Part shown: one piece after another, positions 1 through 8,974 of the stretch
How the letters are laid out: the number at the start of each line of letters is the position of its first letter
How positions within the stretch are numbered: the first letter of the stretch is position 1
Assembly (NCBI GenBank): GCA_016214745.1
Contig: JACRNW010000012.1
Coordinates: forward strand, 4,368-68,367
Length of the DNA: 64,000 nucleotides
From: Candidatus Falkowbacteria bacterium
GTDB lineage: Bacteria > Patescibacteriota > Patescibacteriia > XYB2-FULL-38-15
Reading direction: 5' to 3'
Position numbers and translations under genes: made by a program
The notes under the pieces: model-generated
The model's input: only the letters and a program-made list of their open reading frames with translations
Database searches by the model: none
Told to the model about the DNA's origin: nothing

Positions 1-1533
1 GTGGAAGTGTTTATAGGTCCCGGTTGGAATGCCGCGGGGACGATTGCCACTGATGGTACGGCAGTTTTCTTAAACGATGATTTTACTTTTAATAAACTTG
101 GCACGGCAGACGGAATTATTCAGGGTTATGATTCAAAGGGTTTAGCTTTCCGCGGTTCAGGTTGGGACGGCGCGGCGGCGCAAAATGTGGAAATGAAAAT
201 TAGTAATGTTGTTACGAACGCATCAAATTATAAACTTTCAGTTTTAAATAACGCCGGACAGGAAGTTGCTTATCTTGATCAGAGCGGAGCGCTTGGTCTT
301 TCGGGGAAATTTTATCCGGCTTCTCCCACCGGCACGCAAACCGACGCTTACATTTTCTACCGGAACAATCGCATGAGAACGAACGCGTCTGGCTGGGCGA
401 CCGGATCATTTGACTTTGCCGAAATGTTTTTGTCAAACGAATTTTTGGAAGCCGGCGATGTTGTGGTGCTTGACGAAACGACAAATGAATATGTAAAAAA
501 ATCCGTTGCGGCGTATGACGCGATGGCGCTTGGTATTGTTTCTACTGAACCGGGATTTTTGGCCGGGACAAATGTCAATTTTGACGATCCTTCGGTCGAT
601 CAGGGTTATCCGATCGCTCTCGCCGGCCGCGTGCCGACCAAAGTTTCAGTTGAGAACGGTCCGATCCGGCCGGGTGATTTTCTAACAACCTCATCCGCGG
701 CAGGCGTGGCCATGAAAGCGACTGAGTCAGGAATGATTATTGGTACGGCACTTGAAAGTTTTGATGGTCCAGAGGTCGGTTTGATAAAAGTTTTTGTCAA
801 TCTTGCCTGGTACAACGTGACTGGAGACGTGACGCCGGTTAGTGAAATGTCACAACTCACTCTTTCCGGTGATTTGAATATGAATGGCAATTACATTTTG
901 AATGTCGGCAAGATTGTCGGACAAGATGAAAAATGGAGCATTGATGAAAATGGCGTTTTGAAAATTAAATTGGTGAGCAAAGACGCGACAGAAAAAGAAA
1001 TGTTTGGATTGTCATCGGCCAAAGTGGAATTAACTCTGTCTGGTACCGACCGATTGGAAAACGGCACTAAGATGATAGATCTAAGTTTAATTGATCCTGA
1101 ATTTGTTAAAAATATTTCCGCCGAAACGCCACTTAAAGTTGTGGTAACTCTGAACGAACAAGCTTACGGCGTTTATGTTGCTGAAAAAACTGCTTACAGT
1201 TTCCGCGTAGCGGAATTGAACGCCGGAACTTCCGACGCGGCTTTTGATTGGATTGTGATCGCGCGAAGAAAGGGCTACGAAGATCCGCCGCCGACTGAAA
1301 TTATACCTCCCGTGGAACCAACTCCGGCTCCGAGTGAACCTGCGCCTGCGCCGACGGAACCAGCGCCTACACCAGCACCGACCGAACCTACTCCAGTTCC
1401 GACTGAACCAACTCCGGCTCCGACAGAGCCTGCACCAACAGAACCGGCGCCAACTGAACCTGCCCCAGCTCCAGTCGAACCTGCGCCAACGCCGAGCGAA
1501 CCAGCACCAACAGAGCCAGCCCCAGCCATTTAA
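1..1533 (+). CDS. Partial (N-terminus off-window) secreted/surface protein. It shares a roughly 130-aa domain with the next gene (FDFAEMF..GRVPTKV..GDFLTTS..AMKATE..). It ends in a Pro/Thr/Glu-rich tandem repeat (PTEPAPT)n.
   Basis: The ORF runs open from the window edge. The paralogous domain is aligned by eye to ORF 1562..4108. The C-terminal low-complexity repeat covers 1276..1530. Confidence 0.6.
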   Translation: MEVFIGPGWNAAGTIATDGTAVFLNDDFTFNKLGTADGIIQGYDSKGLAFRGSGWDGAAAQNVEMKISNVVTNASNYKLSVLNNAGQEVAYLDQSGALGLSGKFYPASPTGTQTDAYIFYRNNRMRTNASGWATGSFDFAEMFLSNEFLEAGDVVVLDETTNEYVKKSVAAYDAMALGIVSTEPGFLAGTNVNFDDPSVDQGYPIALAGRVPTKVSVENGPIRPGDFLTTSSAAGVAMKATESGMIIGTALESFDGPEVGLIKVFVNLAWYNVTGDVTPVSEMSQLTLSGDLNMNGNYILNVGKIVGQDEKWSIDENGVLKIKLVSKDATEKEMFGLSSAKVELTLSGTDRLENGTKMIDLSLIDPEFVKNISAETPLKVVVTLNEQAYGVYVAEKTAYSFRVAELNAGTSDAAFDWIVIARRKGYEDPPPTEIIPPVEPTPAPSEPAPAPTEPAPTPAPTEPTPVPTEPTPAPTEPAPTEPAPTEPAPAPVEPAPTPSEPAPTEPAPAI

Positions 1534-1561
1534 AATTCATTGATAATTTATAATATATTTT

Positions 1562-4108
1562 ATGTTTGACTTCCCAGAAGTTCGTCCAATTGGTAAACAA
1601 AAACAAAATGACCCTTCGGGTCATCACCCGCATGGTGACAAAAATAGTTTAAGACCTCTGATTTTAATTTTGGGGTTTTTTGCCATTGCTTCCGCCGGCG
1701 TAATTTTATTTGCCCTATTTCAAAAATTGGGGCCGGAAGCTTCTGCCGCTCCGGGTATTTATAAAACTTTAAATTACCAGGGAAAATTGGAAGACGTTGG
1801 CGGCGTCACCGTGGCCGACGGGTCATATAATATTAAACTTACAATTTATGATGCCGCCGCGGCCGGCAACGTTCTTTGGACCGCTCGCGAGTCGGATGCT
1901 TGCGGCGCGCCGTTTAATCCGGCGGCAAAATCAGTCACGACTTCGCTTGGTGTTTTTTCAACACAACTTGGAGAATCTGGTGACTGTCCGATCAATTTGG
2001 ATTTTAATACAGATTCTTATTATCTTGGTGTGACAGTTGGCGCGGATTCGGAAATGACGCCGAGAAAAAGAATTGGCGCGGCTGGCTACGCCTTCAACGC
2101 AGATTTGTTAGATGGCCTTAATACTTCCGCGGTCGGCGGCGCTTCGGCTTTTGTTCCGGCAGCTGATTCCAGCGGAAATTTTGTTTTAACTGGCAACGTT
2201 ACTTTTGACACAAATACTTTTGCTCTTGATTCTACAAATGATAATATTGGGATCGGCACGGCGGCGCCTGATATTGCTCGTACTTTGGATTTAATAATCA
2301 GCAAAAAGTACGGAATTTATGCTTCATCAAACTCTACCACAAACCACATGGCGGTGATTTATGGCGAGGCGACAGACACAACTAACATTGATCAGATGGG
2401 CGGATATTTTTCCGCGGCAAGCCCCAGCGGAAAAGGTGTTTTTGGGACAGCGGTTACCGCCGGCAATCCGTTTATTCCAAATTATGGCGGATATTTTATT
2501 GCGGCTGGCGATTCTGGAAATGGTGTCTATGGCGAAGCTACCGCGACAACTGGGGCCACTAACTACGGCGGGTATTTCACGGCGGGGGGCGATACGGGCT
2601 ATGGAGTTTACGGTTGGGCTGCCGGCACGGGTGGAGTAAATTATGGAGGGTATTTTAGAGCAAACGGCCTTGGCGGTTATGGTGTTTATGGCTGGGCCGC
2701 GGATATGGGAGCCACAGGAAATTACGGCGGTTATTTCCAGGCTAGCGGTCAAAGTAGCTACGGCGTCTACGGCTACGCGAGCGAAGCCACGACGGTAAAT
2801 TACGGCGTCTACGGACAAGCCGAAGGCCCGGCTGGCTATGGTGTTAAAGGTTACGCGGGGAATATTGTTGGCGGAAATTACGGCGGGTATTTTGAGGGCG
2901 CCGCCGCAGGAAGTTACGGCGCTTACGGAAAAGCGCCGGGCACCGGCGGCTACGGTGTTTACGGTTGGGCTTCAAACGCGGGCGCGCCAAACTACGGCGG
3001 TTATTTTAAATCAGACGGCGCGGGCGGTTACGGCGTTTACGCGTTGGCTACTGATACCACCGCGGTCACAAACTACGGCGGCTATTTTACGGCCGCGGGA
3101 ACTACGGCGCGGGCGGTTTATGCTGAAGCCAGTGACCTTACCTCAATAAATTTTGGCGGTTATTTTATAGCTAGAGGGGTAGATGGGGGCACGAGTGGAG
3201 TTTATGGAGAAGCTACGGCTGCTGGTTCTGTTTACGGTGTTCAAGGATTTGCTTCTAATAGTGGGGCTGTAGCAAATTACGGCGGTAATTTTGCGGCTGA
3301 CGGCACTGGCGGTGCTCGTGGTGTTTTTGGTTTCGCCTCTAACGTCGCAGGCACCAATTACGGAGTTTATGGGCAAGTAGCCTCCTCGGCTGGCTGGGGC
3401 GGATATTTTACCGGCGGCAATGGGCTTTACGCTAGCAGATTTAGCATTGCTGATACAACGAGCGCCATATCTTACAACACTATCGGCGCGCCCGCGGCAA
3501 CACATACCGCAGCCGGAGAAATTGAAAACGCCTCGGATCTTTTTATTGCCGATGACTTGGAAATCGGCGGTCAGGGTTGGTCCACCGGAGGCTATACGGA
3601 CTTGGCTGAAATGATTGCTTACAGCGGAGAGGGTGAAGCTGGCGATGTGGTCGTAGTTGATGAAAACAACGATAACGCCGCGAAACTCGCGACAAAACCT
3701 TATGATCAAAGTGTTCTCGGAATAATTTCCACTAAACCGAGTTTAATAATTACCGGCGGTATTAAGGAAGGGAAATTGATGGCTGTGGCCGGCCGCGTGC
3801 CGACCAAGGTGACGAACGTAAACGGCGCGATTAAGCGCGGCGACTTACTGACAACTTCTGCGGCGCCTGGCCGCGCCATGAAGGCAACCGAGCCAGGACC
3901 GATTGTAGGTAAGGCTCTTGGAGAGTGCGACGAGAGTGAATGCACAATTTGGGTTTTTCTAAATGTTAGTTGGTATGGCGGTGTAAGAACTGAAACAACG
4001 GCAATAGTTTCTTCGGTAATTGAAGATGCCAAAAATTTGGAGAGAGAAAATCTTTTGACAAAATTATCAGAGCTATGGCAAAAAATTGTTTCGTTGTTGA
4101 AAAAATAA
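1562..4108 (+). CDS. Large membrane-anchored surface protein. It has about 12 tandem Gly/Tyr-rich repeats (NYGGYF.A.G..GYGVYG) and a C-terminal domain paralogous to the upstream ORF.
   Basis: The N-terminal hydrophobic segment reads ILILGFFAIASAGVILFALF. A roughly 66-nt periodic coding repeat spans 2400..3400. The shared motif is AGRVPTKVTNVNGAIKRGDLLTTSAAPGRAMKATEPG. Confidence 0.6.
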   Translation: MFDFPEVRPIGKQKQNDPSGHHPHGDKNSLRPLILILGFFAIASAGVILFALFQKLGPEASAAPGIYKTLNYQGKLEDVGGVTVADGSYNIKLTIYDAAAAGNVLWTARESDACGAPFNPAAKSVTTSLGVFSTQLGESGDCPINLDFNTDSYYLGVTVGADSEMTPRKRIGAAGYAFNADLLDGLNTSAVGGASAFVPAADSSGNFVLTGNVTFDTNTFALDSTNDNIGIGTAAPDIARTLDLIISKKYGIYASSNSTTNHMAVIYGEATDTTNIDQMGGYFSAASPSGKGVFGTAVTAGNPFIPNYGGYFIAAGDSGNGVYGEATATTGATNYGGYFTAGGDTGYGVYGWAAGTGGVNYGGYFRANGLGGYGVYGWAADMGATGNYGGYFQASGQSSYGVYGYASEATTVNYGVYGQAEGPAGYGVKGYAGNIVGGNYGGYFEGAAAGSYGAYGKAPGTGGYGVYGWASNAGAPNYGGYFKSDGAGGYGVYALATDTTAVTNYGGYFTAAGTTARAVYAEASDLTSINFGGYFIARGVDGGTSGVYGEATAAGSVYGVQGFASNSGAVANYGGNFAADGTGGARGVFGFASNVAGTNYGVYGQVASSAGWGGYFTGGNGLYASRFSIADTTSAISYNTIGAPAATHTAAGEIENASDLFIADDLEIGGQGWSTGGYTDLAEMIAYSGEGEAGDVVVVDENNDNAAKLATKPYDQSVLGIISTKPSLIITGGIKEGKLMAVAGRVPTKVTNVNGAIKRGDLLTTSAAPGRAMKATEPGPIVGKALGECDESECTIWVFLNVSWYGGVRTETTAIVSSVIEDAKNLERENLLTKLSELWQKIVSLLKK

Positions 4109-4248
4109 TTTTTAAATTGTAAGCGAGTTGTGCCTTCGGGTACGGGTCATAACTCGTGTATAATAGCAGCTCCCCACCGCAAGGTGAGGAGTTGTTGTAT
4201 TTGTAGAAAAAGAAGTTTGAAGTTGGAAGTTAGAAGTTGGTGTTAGTT

Positions 4249-4330
4249 TCCCCCTCTACCCTTGGGGGAGAGGGTTGGCCCGCCTGCCACGCTAGCGCTG
4301 GCGTTGCGGGCAGGGGTGAGGGGTATGCGG
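4249..4330. repeat. GC-rich hairpin repeat, copy R-a. It is the reverse complement of the copy inside the RT gene at 39826..39912.
   Basis: The sequence cccctctacccttgggggagagggttggcccgcctgccacgctagcgctggcgttgcgggcaggggtgagggg is the reverse complement of 39838..39905 with few mismatches. Confidence 0.8.
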
Positions 4331-4332
4331 GG

Positions 4333-4361
4333 TTGACAAAAAGGTAAAAATGTGGTATTAT
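4333..4361 (+). promoter_or_regulatory. Sigma70-like promoter (TTGACA, 17 nt, TATTAT). It belongs to a promoter-leader module that recurs at 37463 and 49596.
   Basis: The sequence is ggTTGACAaaaaggtaaaaatgtggTATTATaaat. It is nearly identical to 49594..49630 and 37462..37498. Confidence 0.55.
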
Positions 4362-4478
4362 AAATGGTAAAATTAAAGGATGGAGTTTAGGCGAAAAAGC
4401 TCTTAAATTAAAGCTTTTTCGGGTAAGCTTCAACTTTTGAAGAGCCGTCTCGGCAGCGCCGAGACAAGGAGGTTGGCA

Positions 4479-5096
4479 ATGAAGGGTTTGATGACGTGCG
4501 CGGCGCTCGGATTCGTGTTCGTGGCTGGCTGCTACGGGAGCTACCAGAACTACGGCGATGGCCGAGGGGAAGACAGCTTCCCGATCGTGACCTGCGAAGT
4601 CACGGTGACGACGAACGCAGACGGCGCGACCATCACGGTCGACGGCGTCGTGGCAGGCGGTACCGTGGAACTCACGGTGGGCTCCCACACTTTCGTGGCC
4701 ACGGCTGCCGGTTACATTCCGGCGAGCGCGGTCGTGGACGTGGACGAGACCTGTGCGCCTGTCGCGCTTCGGCTTCGGCCGAACCTGAACGGCGACTACG
4801 ATCTCGTCTTGCACAACAGCATCTACGACCGGCTCCTGCTGCACCTCGACCAGGACGAGGAAGGGAATCTCGTCGGCTACGACTGGTACGCCGATGACCC
4901 GGGACACAGCTTCCAGGAATTCACCGGCACTGTTTCGTTCGATGGGGAGGCTTATCTCCTTTCGGACGATTCGGTCCGGCTGAATCTCACTGGCCGCTGG
5001 ACTCCGCCGGGAATTGGCGGCATCTCTCGGATCGTTGGTACCTGGATTTCCGCCGCAGGAGGCGACGGAGAGTGGCTCGCCGAGTCGCGGCCGTAG
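4479..5096 (+). CDS. High-GC lipoprotein with a PEGA-like domain.
   Basis: A strong SD (aaggagg) sits 7 nt before the ATG. The lipobox is FVFVAGC. The PEGA-like stretch reads TVTTNADGATITVDGVVAGGTVELTVGSHTFVATAAGY. The ORF is about 63% GC against about 40% in the flanks. Confidence 0.6.
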   Translation: MKGLMTCAALGFVFVAGCYGSYQNYGDGRGEDSFPIVTCEVTVTTNADGATITVDGVVAGGTVELTVGSHTFVATAAGYIPASAVVDVDETCAPVALRLRPNLNGDYDLVLHNSIYDRLLLHLDQDEEGNLVGYDWYADDPGHSFQEFTGTVSFDGEAYLLSDDSVRLNLTGRWTPPGIGGISRIVGTWISAAGGDGEWLAESRP

Positions 5097-5285
5097 CATC
5101 GGCCGCGCTCGAACCGGCATCTGGCAGAAATCGTGAAGAACGATTCTGTCGGGTGCCGGCTTTTTTAATTTTCATTCCGCTGTGGATGAAAATTTTTTTA
5201 TAATCATTTTTTGTGCTATAATTAATTAATTAATTTAACGCTTGTCCTTAAAAGTGCGTCTTTTGAGGAAAGTAAAATTCAATTT

Positions 5286-7637
5286 ATGAACAAAATCGCA
5301 AACATTTGCGACAAAGTTCTAAAGGCCTCTCTTTATCTTTTGGTCTTTGCTTTGCCGCTCTTCTTTCTTCCTTGGACTTTTGAAGCCCTGGATTTTAACA
5401 AACAAAATTTACTGATTATTTTGACTTTGTTCGCTGGATTGGCTTGGCTCGGGAAAATGGTGGCTTCAAGGCAGGTTGTTTTGCGCCGCAGTTTTTTGAA
5501 TGTGTTGATTTTGCTGTATGTTGTGATTTATACTCTGGCGACAATTTTTTCATTGGACTCCATCAGAAGTTTTATCGGCGCTTCGGGTTTGGAAAAAGAG
5601 GGGCTTGTGACCGTGCTTTGTTTTGTTGTTCTTTATTTTGTCATTATCAACAATTTCCGCGACATAAAGGCGGTTAAAAATTTACTCTATTCATATATTT
5701 TAGGCGCGGGACTTGTAACTGTCTGGACACTTATCGCTTTTTTGGGAGTACTGCCGGCTATTCTTGTTCCCAGTCAGGCGTTAAATCCGGTCGGGACACT
5801 TAATAGTTTGGGAATATTTTTAGGAGCCGCGTTTGTTTTGCTTTGTCCATTATTTTTGGGAGCGGAAACGGAAAAAGCGGCAGCCAGCAAGAAAAATTTA
5901 ATTATGAAAATTGTGATGGCTGTTTTTGCCGCTCTTGCTTTATTCCTTTTAGCGACGATTGATAATTGGACTGTTTGGGCGATTTTTACGCCAGCCGTTG
6001 CATTGATTTTGGCTTTTGTCATTATTCGGGCTCATGAAGTTAAAAATTTAGGATGGTTGGCTCTTCCCATGGCGGCTTTTGTTGTGACGGTTCTACTGTT
6101 CTTCATAAATACTCCGATTGTCACGCGGCTGCCGGCGGAAATTATGCCGTCTTTTTCCGCGAGCGCGGGAATTGCCAGGCAGACACTGCGGGAAGCTCCG
6201 CTTCTTGGTTCTGGGCCAAGCACATTTGTTTTTGATTATGCTAAATTTAAACCGGCCGGAGTAAATGAAACACAGCTTTGGGACATTAAATTTGATCGTT
6301 CCGCTTCAAGGGTTCTGACCATGCTTACAACTACCGGGCTTTTTGGAATTATTTCATGGTTATTTCTGATCATCTTTCTGGCGGTTCAAACCGTCTTTAA
6401 TTTGATCAAGGAAAAATCCGGAGCGTTATGGCTGAATCAGCTGGCCGTGGGCTCTGCTTGGTTTTTACTTTTGATCGCCAAATTTCTTTATTCTTCAAAT
6501 TTAACTTTAGAATTTTCATTTTGGATATTGACGGCTATTCTGATTGTCATGACTTCGCATAAGTTCTGGGAAATTTCCCTTGGCAGCGCGCCGCGCATTT
6601 CTTTGATTCTGTCATTTCTTCTTGCCCTTGGTATGATTTTGGCGATTTCCTCTTTTTATCTTATCGGTGAACGCTACGCGGCCGACGCGAGATTTGTCCA
6701 GGCGCTTTCATCCATAAATCGGGGAGAAGATTTGAGCAAAACGACGGAACTTTTTAACAGCGCCGCATCGCTAAATCAACGAAACGACGTTTACCTTAGA
6801 AATTTGGCGCAGAGTTTACAGGCGCAAATTAATCAAGAATTAGCGGCAACGCCGAATGAAGAGCGCGCGAAAAAAATTCAGGAATTGGTAGCAGCGGATA
6901 TTAATGTGGCAAAAAGAGCCACTGAACTTTCTCCCAAAAATTCAGCGAATTGGGCGACGTTAGCTTCAATTTATCAGACAGTCATGCCGCTTATCCAGGG
7001 GTCTAGCGAATGGGCCATTAGTTCTTGGCAGAAAGCGATTGAACTTGAGCCGGGGAATCCATACTTTTACACTGAACTGGGAAAAACTTATGCGAGCATG
7101 GCCGATATTCTTTCCACCGGTCTTCAGTCAAGTGACGAAAAAGTAAAAGCTGACGCTGAAACAAAAATTAAAGAAAATTTAGCTAAAGCAGAAGAGCAAC
7201 TTAGCAAGGCCATTGAAGTTAAGGCAGATTATGCACCAGCCCATTTTGAATTGGCGCTTGTTTACAGCCGGCAAGGGAAAATAAAAGAAGCGATTAGTAA
7301 ATTGGAAGCAATTAAAGCAGATTTGCCGAACGATATTGGCGTGGCTTTTCAGTTGGGACTTCTCTATGCGCAAAATAAAGAATTGGATAAAGCGGTTACC
7401 GAACTTTCCCGGGCCGTGGAATTGGCGCCAAACTTTGCCAACGCGCGATGGTATTTGGCGGCAATTTACGAAGAGCAGGGCAAAAAGGATTTAGCCCTCG
7501 CTCAATTGGAAGAAATTTTGAAAACTAATCCGGAGAATGAAACCGTTAAGCAAAAAATAGACGCATTAAAAAATCCGCCAGCCAGAGAGTCTGAGCCGCT
7601 ACCAACTCCAATTCCCGAGGCGGCTCCGGCGCAATAA
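5286..7637 (+). CDS. Polytopic membrane protein (O-antigen-ligase-like N-terminal region) with C-terminal TPR repeats.
   Basis: The first 470 aa contain about 10 hydrophobic helices. The C-terminus has TPR-like repeats (AHFELALVYSRQGKIKEAI, AFQLGLLYAQNKELDKAV, ARWYLAAIYEEQGK). Confidence 0.55.
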   Translation: MNKIANICDKVLKASLYLLVFALPLFFLPWTFEALDFNKQNLLIILTLFAGLAWLGKMVASRQVVLRRSFLNVLILLYVVIYTLATIFSLDSIRSFIGASGLEKEGLVTVLCFVVLYFVIINNFRDIKAVKNLLYSYILGAGLVTVWTLIAFLGVLPAILVPSQALNPVGTLNSLGIFLGAAFVLLCPLFLGAETEKAAASKKNLIMKIVMAVFAALALFLLATIDNWTVWAIFTPAVALILAFVIIRAHEVKNLGWLALPMAAFVVTVLLFFINTPIVTRLPAEIMPSFSASAGIARQTLREAPLLGSGPSTFVFDYAKFKPAGVNETQLWDIKFDRSASRVLTMLTTTGLFGIISWLFLIIFLAVQTVFNLIKEKSGALWLNQLAVGSAWFLLLIAKFLYSSNLTLEFSFWILTAILIVMTSHKFWEISLGSAPRISLILSFLLALGMILAISSFYLIGERYAADARFVQALSSINRGEDLSKTTELFNSAASLNQRNDVYLRNLAQSLQAQINQELAATPNEERAKKIQELVAADINVAKRATELSPKNSANWATLASIYQTVMPLIQGSSEWAISSWQKAIELEPGNPYFYTELGKTYASMADILSTGLQSSDEKVKADAETKIKENLAKAEEQLSKAIEVKADYAPAHFELALVYSRQGKIKEAISKLEAIKADLPNDIGVAFQLGLLYAQNKELDKAVTELSRAVELAPNFANARWYLAAIYEEQGKKDLALAQLEEILKTNPENETVKQKIDALKNPPARESEPLPTPIPEAAPAQ

Positions 7638-7704
7638 CACTCGGTTGACAAAATTATAGTTTGTTGTAATCTTAAACAATCTCCCGCCTAGATTCATGGG
7701 ACGT

Positions 7705-7778
7705 GGGCCTATAGTATAGTAGTAAAACGCCTCCATGGCATGGAGGAGTCGAGGGTGCGATTCCCTCTAGGTCCACCA
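7705..7778 (+). tRNA. tRNA-Ala (anticodon GGC).
   Basis: I folded the cloverleaf by hand. It has a G3:U70 pair, anticodon loop ATGGCAT, T-stem GAGGG/CCCTC, and an encoded CCA end. A 19-nt inverted repeat (ctcccgcctagattcatgg / ccatgaacttaggcgggag) embeds the tRNA. Confidence 0.6.
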
Positions 7779-7879
7779 TGAACTTAGGCGGGAGGTTTTT
7801 GAACTGGTTTATAGTTCATAGTTCATGGTCAACTATCAACAACAAACTGTGAACTATTAACTATTAACTATCAACCGCT

Positions 7880-8974
7880 ATGTCTTTTAAAGTCGGAATT
7901 GTCGGCCTGCCGAACGTGGGCAAATCAACTTTGTTCAAAGCCCTGACAAGAAAACAGGTTGACATCGCCAATTATCCATTTTGTACCATTGAGCCGAATG
8001 TCGGTACGGTTGCCGTACCCGATTTTCGGTTACAAAAATTATCAGACCTTTATAATTCGGAAAAAATAGTGCCGACCGTGATTGAATTTGTAGATATTGC
8101 CGGTTTAGTTAAAGGCGCCCACGAAGGGCAGGGTCTGGGAAATAAATTTTTGTCGCATATCAGAGAAGTGGATGCTATTTGCCAGGTTATCCGCGCTTTT
8201 CACGACCCAAATGTCATTCACGTGGATGGGAAAATCAATCCCATTTCCGATTTGGAAGTTATAAATTTGGAATTAATTTTTGCCGACCAAGAAACCGTAA
8301 AAAAACGTTTAGCGAGCTTGGCGAGCGAACTTAAGGGCGGAAAAGAAAAAGCGCTTGTTAAAACCAATGAGACGCTTTTGAAGATTAAAGATGGATTGGA
8401 AAAAGGCGTGATGGCCGCGACTATGGAATTGAATGAAGAAGAAAAATTTTTAGTTAAGGAATTAAGTTTATTATCTTTGAAACAGACGCTTTATGCGTTG
8501 AATGTATCCGAGGCGGATATCAAGGCCGAGAAAAATGAAATTTTGAAAAAATTTAATTTGCCGCTTGATCCGGAAAAAGTGATTTTGGTTTCCGCGAAGA
8601 TTGAATCTGAGCTTGCGGAGTTGCCGCCCGAAGAAGCAAGAAATTATTTAAAAGAGTTGGGACTTGAAGAGTCCGGTTTGGATAAATTGATTCGGGCGAG
8701 TTATAAAGAACTTAATTTAATTACCTTTTTTACGGCCGGGCCGAAAGATTCTCACGCTTGGACAATAAAAAAAGGCGCGAAAGCGCCGGAAGCGGCCGGG
8801 AAAATTCACACCGATTTTGAACGAGGGTTTATTTGTGCTGAAGTAATTAATTGGCAGGATTTAGTTAATGCCGGTGGCGATGTCGGGGCAAAGGAGAAGG
8901 GGTTGATTAGATTGGAAGGAAAAGAATATGTTGTTCAAGACGGCGACGTGGTGGAGTTTAGGTTTAATGTCTAA
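7880..8974 (+). CDS. ychF: Ribosome-binding ATPase YchF (Obg family).
   Basis: The N-terminus reads GIVGLPNVGKSTLFKALT...ANYPFCTIEPNVG and there is a TGS-like C-terminus. Confidence 0.9.
   Translation: MSFKVGIVGLPNVGKSTLFKALTRKQVDIANYPFCTIEPNVGTVAVPDFRLQKLSDLYNSEKIVPTVIEFVDIAGLVKGAHEGQGLGNKFLSHIREVDAICQVIRAFHDPNVIHVDGKINPISDLEVINLELIFADQETVKKRLASLASELKGGKEKALVKTNETLLKIKDGLEKGVMAATMELNEEEKFLVKELSLLSLKQTLYALNVSEADIKAEKNEILKKFNLPLDPEKVILVSAKIESELAELPPEEARNYLKELGLEESGLDKLIRASYKELNLITFFTAGPKDSHAWTIKKGAKAPEAAGKIHTDFERGFICAEVINWQDLVNAGGDVGAKEKGLIRLEGKEYVVQDGDVVEFRFNV

Noticed and set aside
2400-3400. Periodic ~66-nt repeats that could be mistaken for a CRISPR-like array
   Set aside because: They are in-frame coding repeats (NYGGYF...GYGVYG) of one long ORF with variable, not unique, spacers. 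No CRISPR repeat-spacer architecture occurs anywhere in the window.
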